Source of the DNA: a virus
Lineage: Duplodnaviria; Heunggongvirae; Uroviricota; Caudoviricetes
Direction: 5' to 3' (one strand)
Virus record (IMG/VR): IMGVR_UViG_3300028887_000069
Coordinates: 1 to 52,897 of that record
DNA length: 52,897 nt
Both the position numbers and the translations under genes were made by a program. Below, in pieces: positions 46,858 to 52,897 of the stretch (position 1 is its first letter; the number at the start of each line of letters is the position of its first letter). Under the pieces are notes generated by a model. That model did no database searches and was not told the origin of the DNA. It saw only the letters and a program-made list of their open reading frames with translations.

Positions 46858-47148
46858 TTATTTTAAGAGTTTTCTCAGTGCGCGGTCGATGGCTTCGTCA
46901 AGATTGTCCATTACATTTTTTTTCTTGAATGTTAACACAACGGCGGCTCCTCCGTCACACTGTCCCACATCGTACAATGAATATCCAATTTCACCCATTT
47001 TTGATTTCATCGTATCACCATCCTTACTTTTCCATTTGGAAATTGGCATACGGACTTCCATAAAGTCCTCGTCGCCGAAGGAAGGATGTACGTTGTATTC
47101 AGTGTCAAAATTTACGTCTTCCGATATATTTCTTTTAACTTGTTTCAT
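46858..47148 (-). CDS. Hypothetical protein
   Basis: 96 aa; ends LDEAIDRALRKLLK, similar to LDEAVNRAFNKVLRE in 3621-4289. Confidence 0.7.
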   Translation of the reverse strand: MKQVKRNISEDVNFDTEYNVHPSFGDEDFMEVRMPISKWKSKDGDTMKSKMGEIGYSLYDVGQCDGGAAVVLTFKKKNVMDNLDEAIDRALRKLLK

Positions 47149-47169
47149 TTTATGTGATATGTTATAATG

Positions 47170-47892
47170 TTATTTCCACAGTGCAATTATCTTGTTTGCC
47201 TTCTCAAGGCTTTCGTTCAACGCCTTCTCGTTCTGTTCCTCCTTGGATTCCACGAACTGTTGGAGGTTGTCCATCGAGTTGCTTATCCAAGCGTTGTTGG
47301 TACTAGGCGATGCGACAATGTCCCAACCTATGAGGTCAAGGTCGTCACCGACTATCAAAGTGCCGAGTTTCTGTTCCACTGAACCCAATGCCCTCGAAGA
47401 GACACCGATAAGTATGCCGTCCAATATCAGGTTTGCGGCAAGGTCTCCGCTTGTCGAACACACGCCATATCTTCTATATCCTGGTGACAGGTGGAGTTCC
47501 AATTCACCGACCAAGGTGTGTCTGTCCCATCTCAAATCAATTATTTTGTGAGATACATCATGAAGGGAAAGTGTACTCTGGTCAGGATGGTCCAAGGCAC
47601 CTATTGCACTGATTCCCAAGCCTTTAATAGAATTTTGTATGTATTTTTCAACCTCCCTTTTCAGGATTGCTTCGGGATAAATACGACCGTTTGCGTTCTT
47701 AATTCCGAATTTCTGGAATATAGCACTGACAATAAATCTGTCAGGGATGACAAATTCCTTATGGTTGTTTATATCCTCATGGATTTGCTTGACCATATCC
47801 TCGTTGCCCGTTATTGAACCGTCACGCTCAATAAGCAGACCGTATCCTGTCTCGTTTGCTCTTACTTCTTTTATATATGTTCTGTCTTCCAT
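47170..47892 (-). CDS. gp21: Prohead core protease (T4 gp21-like)
   Basis: KNANGRIYP, GALDHP, IGVSSRALGS and WDIVASPS. The start is probably MEDRTY at 47892. Confidence 0.93.
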   Translation of the reverse strand: MEDRTYIKEVRANETGYGLLIERDGSITGNEDMVKQIHEDINNHKEFVIPDRFIVSAIFQKFGIKNANGRIYPEAILKREVEKYIQNSIKGLGISAIGALDHPDQSTLSLHDVSHKIIDLRWDRHTLVGELELHLSPGYRRYGVCSTSGDLAANLILDGILIGVSSRALGSVEQKLGTLIVGDDLDLIGWDIVASPSTNNAWISNSMDNLQQFVESKEEQNEKALNESLEKANKIIALWK

Positions 47893-47930
47893 TATAGACA
47901 CTTTTTTATTTATATAAATATGTATAAATA

Positions 47931-47958
47931 AAAAAACGGACATTAAAATCCGCTTTTT
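47931..47958 (-). terminator. Intrinsic terminator
   Basis: AAAAAACGGA-loop-TCCGCTTTTT. Confidence 0.6.
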
Positions 47959-47982
47959 GTTTATTTCCCCGTATATACTATT

Positions 47983-48411
47983 TTAGCTTATCACAAAACC
48001 GCTTTCGTTCATGAGTTCATCCAACTTGTTTGAAATGGTTGTTCCGACCCTCACCATCTCATCCATGTATTCATCGGTTTCCTTTATTGTCTTCGGAACC
48101 AACAGCAAGGTGTATTTCAGGTTGCTTTTCTTGTGGTAGGACATGCTGTTCTCAGTCACGTCAAAAGAATACAGATACTTTTCCTTGAAAGTGTCATTGT
48201 TCACAACCGTAGGTAGAAAAACATCAAATTTGTTTTTCACGGATTTTATATCCGATGCATATGTTGTTTTCTTTCCCAAAGGCTTAACCTTCGCCTTTCC
48301 TGTTATATAGATAACGTTGGGGTTCTTTCTGTTCAATATGCCGTATTCGGTCTTGAAATGTTCACCACAGTCTATGACATACTTCTTCTTGTTTTTTGGT
48401 GTGTTTGACAT
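47983..48411 (-). CDS. Hypothetical protein
   Basis: 142-aa ORF; TAGTATATTTA upstream (48431-48441). Confidence 0.75.
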   Translation of the reverse strand: MSNTPKNKKKYVIDCGEHFKTEYGILNRKNPNVIYITGKAKVKPLGKKTTYASDIKSVKNKFDVFLPTVVNNDTFKEKYLYSFDVTENSMSYHKKSNLKYTLLLVPKTIKETDEYMDEMVRVGTTISNKLDELMNESGFVIS

Positions 48412-48473
48412 ACATTATCTTAATTTAACTTAAATATACTATTTTTTTCGGAAATATAAGGTAAAATTACCAC

Positions 48474-48505
48474 AAAAAAACACAACCGTAATTGGTTGTG
48501 TTTTT
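48474..48505. terminator. Intrinsic terminator
   Basis: AAAAACACAACC-loop-GGTTGTGTTTTT. Confidence 0.75.
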
Positions 48506-48532
48506 CACGTTATAATCATGGGCAAAAATTCT

Positions 48533-49465
48533 TTACAGTGCGGTCTCGCATAGTGAAATCATGTCAGCGATGAGTGAAAGGGGATTCTTTGAATCAAACT
48601 TCTTTTCCTCTACCGCCTCGTACACCTTGTTCCACGACTCTTTCCTGTCGTCAGCACTTTCCTCTATTCTCTTTCTGATTGAAGACAGAGTCTGCTCCTT
48701 GTATTCGTTGAACAGTTTTTCTGCCTTTTCGGGTGAGGTTGCTATGGTCTCAAGGAGTTTTCTCTCTTCCTTGTTGAAAGCACCACTATATTTCTCGTCT
48801 ATCTCTTTAAGTTTCACTTCGTAAAGGGAGTCTATGTCAACGGTTTCGGTAACTATCTTGTTGTTCAGTTCAACATTCTCACTGATAAGTTTTTTTACTT
48901 CCTTGTATTCATTGACATTTGTGATTGTGGGTTTGTTCAGAATTGCATATTCAACAGCCTCGAAAAGTTCGCTTTCAACATCGGTAATCTCAACCGCCTC
49001 ATTCAATCCAAGTTCTTTGATTTTCGCTATAAGTTTGTGGTTGTTCTCGATTATCACACTCTTCGGGTAACGTTTAATCAAAGAAACCGCTTCGTCGACA
49101 TATTCCTTGGCATTCTCCACATTGACGGGGTTCGTGAATGCGTTGTATGCCTTGAACTCATTGAGAAGCACGTCGTTCTTCTTGATGAAGTTGACAATCT
49201 TGCCAATCTTCTTCTTGCCTTCCTTTGTCTCGAACAGTTTATGCGTATTGGCTTCAATTGTATTGTATATTATGCCGAAATTCCTGTTTTCGCCGTACAT
49301 GACCTTTTCCTTGCCTTCGTCGGTTTCCATTTCCTCAGCCGCTGAGTCGAAAAGTTGGTTAGCAGCCTTTCTACTATGTTCGGCCAAATCGAACTTGCCT
49401 TCTTCATACTGCTTCAAAGCCTCGGTCATCAGTTTTATAGCCTTGTCTAAATTTCCGTATTCCAT
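48533..49465 (-). CDS. Helical hypothetical head-module protein
   Basis: 310-aa ORF downstream of the portal gene, with ATATTTAT upstream. Confidence 0.8.
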   Translation of the reverse strand: MEYGNLDKAIKLMTEALKQYEEGKFDLAEHSRKAANQLFDSAAEEMETDEGKEKVMYGENRNFGIIYNTIEANTHKLFETKEGKKKIGKIVNFIKKNDVLLNEFKAYNAFTNPVNVENAKEYVDEAVSLIKRYPKSVIIENNHKLIAKIKELGLNEAVEITDVESELFEAVEYAILNKPTITNVNEYKEVKKLISENVELNNKIVTETVDIDSLYEVKLKEIDEKYSGAFNKEERKLLETIATSPEKAEKLFNEYKEQTLSSIRKRIEESADDRKESWNKVYEAVEEKKFDSKNPLSLIADMISLCETAL

Positions 49466-49499
49466 ATTAATGTCTTTTTATTATAAATATCTACATCTT

Positions 49500-51566
49500 T
49501 TAATCGTGGAGTTTGGAAGGGTTGCTTTTGATATAATTGTCCAAATTCTTTGACATCGAATCAAGTTCCTCGTTCACAAAGAATGTCTTGTTGAAAAGCG
49601 GGATATTCTGTATCATCTCGTCTTCCTTCTTTTTCTTCTCGTTGATTTTCTCCAACAGCATGTCGCTGTATTTCTTGGATTTCGCAATGTAATCTCTTCT
49701 TATCGCTTCTTCTTTCAACAATATTTGGTTCAATTTGCGGTCAAGCATTCTCTCGGCAAGGGGTTCACCTCCCTCGGGTGCGCCACCCATGTCGCCGCCT
49801 GCTTCTGCAGCCGCTTGGTCCATAGGCATGTCACCTTCAGCACCTCCCATATCTTCACCCTCAGGTGTACCGCCCATATCCATGTCGCCGCCAAAACCAC
49901 CGAGGCCGCCGCCTCCACCTCCGCCCATACCTTCATCACCACCTTCTTCTCCACCGCCACCGCTGTATTCAGCGCCAGGTTCACCGTAGATATTGTCGAC
50001 CTTGTCAAACAGGTGTGTACGCTTGATAATCTGATTGGTCAATTTCAGTTCGGCACCAAGTGCGGTCTCGAGACGGAGTTCTTCAAGGTTGTCCGCAATT
50101 TCCTTCTCGCTCCAACCAAGTATCTCTTTCCAAGCCCTCGTGCAAGAGAACAACGGGATACCGTTTCCGTTGTCGGTTATTGCATCCTTTGCGGTTGTGA
50201 TTTTCTTTGCAAGGTTTTCGAGTTCAAGCATCTCAGCCTGTGAACTCGGGTTGTTCATTGTAAGCGTGAAGTTGGTCAGGTCATCCGTGAAGCCCAAGAA
50301 CGCCAAGTGGATTATACAGATTTTGTTCAATTCAAGAAGCATTGTCTGCTGTATGCGGTTGATGGTTCTCATAAACCTTACATCCATCAGTGAAAGGTTT
50401 TTACCGTCACCTGCGGTTTCCTCAAAGTTGAGGAATGACTTAGGAACACGCAATGCAGCGCATATCTTGTTCTGTACATATTTTATATCATCCAAAGCTG
50501 TAAGGTTTTGAGCGGCCGCCAAAGTCTCGATTGGGTTGGGGTCACTCGGGTCTCTTACAGGAATGAAATAGTCATCCATCTGACTGAGGATATTTCTCCT
50601 GAGGTCAATCTGTCCCGTAAGCGGGTCAACAATTGGTGTTCTCTTGAACTCGTTTGCAACTTCCTCAATGTATGCAGGTACATCGTCTTCGTCGATTGCA
50701 CCGACATTAACCTTGAACACCCTTCTTTCAACAGCTCTTTCAAGACGGTACATCAACATTGCATCCTCCATCATGGAGAGCATGCGGAAATGTCTACGTG
50801 CCTTGTTCAAATAACTCACACCATAGGGTAAATACATTGAATCGTAGAGTAATCTGAAATGTGCAATCTGCCAATTCCAATAAGGGGTGAAGTCATTTTG
50901 ACCAACCCAAACGAATCTTGTTTTCCCGTCTTTATCAATATCCGTATTATTCGGATTTTGGAAATAACTGTGGTATGGGTTATCGTCCGTCATGTTTTCG
51001 TAACGCTCGACTTCATATACAGGGAGTTGTTGCCAACCCTGCACACCGTTGTTCACGTCTATGTTGAGAAGCATGAATGAGTTTCCGTATTTGACAGTGC
51101 TGCGGCAAATCATCGGAAGTGTCATCTGTATCTGCAGACGGTTGACCAAAAGGTCTTGGAGAATGGATTTGATACGCTCGGATTTCGAGTTCACGTTGAC
51201 CATAAATCCGTTTGTCGGGGTGAAGCAAGTCTCTTCAGAAACAATGTCAAGGCATGCACCCAACTCAGGGAAACCATCCATAAGGTCAGCGTCACGGTAC
51301 ATCATCTTCACGTCGGAAAGATTCATGTACTGTTGATTTGAAATCTGTGCCCCCGCCTTCTTCCATCTCCATTTCAGGAGTTTGTTCTGACGGAGTTCAA
51401 GTTTCTTTGTCTCATACTCGTTCTTGTCTTTCGTTGCAAAGAGAACGTTGGGATTGTTGATGTTGTATGTCGTTATGTTCTTCCTCGTGTAATCCACGGG
51501 CATTGTATTGTCGGTGCCCAGGAACTTGTTCACTCTCTGAAAGAATGTAGGTTTGTTTTCTGCCAT
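49500..51566 (-). CDS. gp20: Portal protein (T4 gp20-like)
   Basis: MMEDAMLMYRLERAVERRVFKVNVG, DYFIP, IETL, DDIKYVQNK, ALRVPKSFL; Gly/acidic C-terminal insert. Confidence 0.95.
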   Translation of the reverse strand: MAENKPTFFQRVNKFLGTDNTMPVDYTRKNITTYNINNPNVLFATKDKNEYETKKLELRQNKLLKWRWKKAGAQISNQQYMNLSDVKMMYRDADLMDGFPELGACLDIVSEETCFTPTNGFMVNVNSKSERIKSILQDLLVNRLQIQMTLPMICRSTVKYGNSFMLLNIDVNNGVQGWQQLPVYEVERYENMTDDNPYHSYFQNPNNTDIDKDGKTRFVWVGQNDFTPYWNWQIAHFRLLYDSMYLPYGVSYLNKARRHFRMLSMMEDAMLMYRLERAVERRVFKVNVGAIDEDDVPAYIEEVANEFKRTPIVDPLTGQIDLRRNILSQMDDYFIPVRDPSDPNPIETLAAAQNLTALDDIKYVQNKICAALRVPKSFLNFEETAGDGKNLSLMDVRFMRTINRIQQTMLLELNKICIIHLAFLGFTDDLTNFTLTMNNPSSQAEMLELENLAKKITTAKDAITDNGNGIPLFSCTRAWKEILGWSEKEIADNLEELRLETALGAELKLTNQIIKRTHLFDKVDNIYGEPGAEYSGGGGEEGGDEGMGGGGGGGLGGFGGDMDMGGTPEGEDMGGAEGDMPMDQAAAEAGGDMGGAPEGGEPLAERMLDRKLNQILLKEEAIRRDYIAKSKKYSDMLLEKINEKKKKEDEMIQNIPLFNKTFFVNEELDSMSKNLDNYIKSNPSKLHD

Positions 51567-51617
51567 TATTATATAAGTTTATATTATAAATATGGAGAAA
51601 ACACATACTTAAAACAA

Positions 51618-52897
51618 TCACTTGCCTCTTTTTCCGCTGAAACCGCCCAACATTATGAACGCCTTTGTCCTGTTTGCCTTTGCCTTGGACATCTGATAGG
51701 ATGAATATATCGGCAGACGTCTTGGTTTTGATATATCTATGTTGTCCGTGGGTTTCACGTCGTCTTTCGGTTTGATTGAATTGGATGAACGCCACGAATG
51801 AATCATCACACTGTCTTTTCGTGCATCTTTAGATTTCTTAAAGAGGTAGTATTCCATTACAAACAATCCCATTGCAAGACAGGTTATAGAGTCATCGTGG
51901 AACCCCGTCATATGGTCAGGTCTGCCGTTTTTGTATATCCACGTGTCAAGTTCGTTTATTACCCTTAGGCTTCTTACCCTGAACCTGTTATCTCTAAGAC
52001 ATGCTGCAAAATTTTGAAGCATCTGTGGTCTGACATTATTGGTTTTGAAACCTGGGGTTCTACCCAAATTAACATCGCTATATCTTCGTGTGGGGTCGTT
52101 TTTGGTATACGTTTTTAATCCCGCTTCGTCGTAATAAAGATTAGGATATTTCATGTTCTGTAACACCAAAAGCGTGGTTGAACCATAACCCCCTATATCT
52201 TCAACAACCGCAAGAGCATTGTTGTATATTCTACCATATCTATCAACAAGCATTGCTATCTCATCACCTGTGCGTTTTCCGTTATATTCCAAAACCTGGT
52301 TATAATAAGGAGTACCATTTTCATCGATAGCATCACAGTCTATTATTTGAATAGATGTATTGTCATCACCCGCACCCGAAGACGGGTCAACGCTGATTAT
52401 GTACCTATGTTTTGGTATTGGGTCTTCCCATATCCACGTTTCAGGGATAAGCGGGTCTTTAAGTTCCCAATCGTCGGTTATTTTTATTACATTTTCTGTA
52501 CGATGCATTTCAATAACTTCGGGTTCAACAACGTTGTCGGATGACCCAAGAAACGATACTTCAATTTCTTGTGCAATAAGACGTTTGTCGTTATTCAAAC
52601 CCTTACAAGTGTCGACGTACCAAGGACTTGTTGGTTTCCATCCATCAACCTCAAGCTTACGCCATTTTTCTTCGTCATATTGGATATTACCGAGTTTGTC
52701 TATGACAGGTTCTGTTATCCATTCATCTTCACCTGTTTCCTCGTTTTTCCTGTACCATTGCAAATGCCTGTTGTATCGTAAATCCTGAAACCACTTAAAT
52801 TCAACAGGGAAATAATTGTTTTCCCTCGACAGTGCTTGTGAATAGGTTTTGTAGTACAATTCGTCTTTACCACAAGGTGTGCTGACCATTATACTTC
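51618..52897 (-). CDS. gp17: Terminase large subunit (T4 gp17-like), N-terminus beyond the window
   Basis: STP(C)G motif; RNase H-like nuclease motifs ISVDPSSG, DNTSIQII and HDDSITCLA. Confidence 0.93.
   Translation of the reverse strand, partial: SIMVSTPCGKDELYYKTYSQALSRENNYFPVEFKWFQDLRYNRHLQWYRKNEETGEDEWITEPVIDKLGNIQYDEEKWRKLEVDGWKPTSPWYVDTCKGLNNDKRLIAQEIEVSFLGSSDNVVEPEVIEMHRTENVIKITDDWELKDPLIPETWIWEDPIPKHRYIISVDPSSGAGDDNTSIQIIDCDAIDENGTPYYNQVLEYNGKRTGDEIAMLVDRYGRIYNNALAVVEDIGGYGSTTLLVLQNMKYPNLYYDEAGLKTYTKNDPTRRYSDVNLGRTPGFKTNNVRPQMLQNFAACLRDNRFRVRSLRVINELDTWIYKNGRPDHMTGFHDDSITCLAMGLFVMEYYLFKKSKDARKDSVMIHSWRSSNSIKPKDDVKPTDNIDISKPRRLPIYSSYQMSKAKANRTKAFIMLGGFSGKRGK

Noticed and set aside
1-52897. 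Stop-codon recoding (TAG=Gln) as in Lak and some crAss-like phages
   Set aside because: Long genes are intact in the standard code. TAG ends genes at 1506, 3562, 34266 and 37822, in places followed directly by terminators or new starts. The single interrupting stop is TAA.
1-52897. tRNA or rRNA genes
   Set aside because: No cloverleaf with T-loop/D-loop consensus and no rRNA-like sequence was recognised; the intergenic gaps are short.

Overview
The window is a 52.9-kb piece of a large T4-like (jumbo-type) tailed phage genome. It uses the standard genetic code: TAG acts as a stop. TAnnTTTG promoter motifs and Bacteroidales-type protein domains suggest a Bacteroidota host. The right end holds a classic head-morphogenesis module on the minus strand: terminase (cut by the window edge), portal, prohead protease, scaffold and major capsid protein. 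Elsewhere are a neck protein, baseplate/spike genes, a 1602-aa mosaic fibre/adhesin, a gp55-like sigma factor, glycosyltransferases, dUTPase, a GMP reductase/IMPDH-family enzyme and an Acb1-like 2H phosphoesterase. Highlights: (1) A family-B DNA polymerase encoded as two genes joined by a naturally split Ser1/Thr+1 intein at the catalytic GD|TD motif. (2) A 2333-bp IS1595-family element with 26-bp TIRs and an exact 8-bp target duplication. It sits in the loop of a terminator and carries two passenger genes, one of which looks phage-derived. (3) A recurring 'IxLTExxLxxLIxExxxE' / LxE peptide tag on many unrelated proteins (metallopeptidase, AEP-like, WYL). It may mark virion-packaged, protease-processed cargo. 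(4) An ATATTTAT motif upstream of about 15 genes, a candidate late promoter. (5) A free-standing endonuclease gene inactivated by one in-frame TAA at its predicted catalytic Glu. All protein family calls come from motif recognition by eye; no database searches were run.
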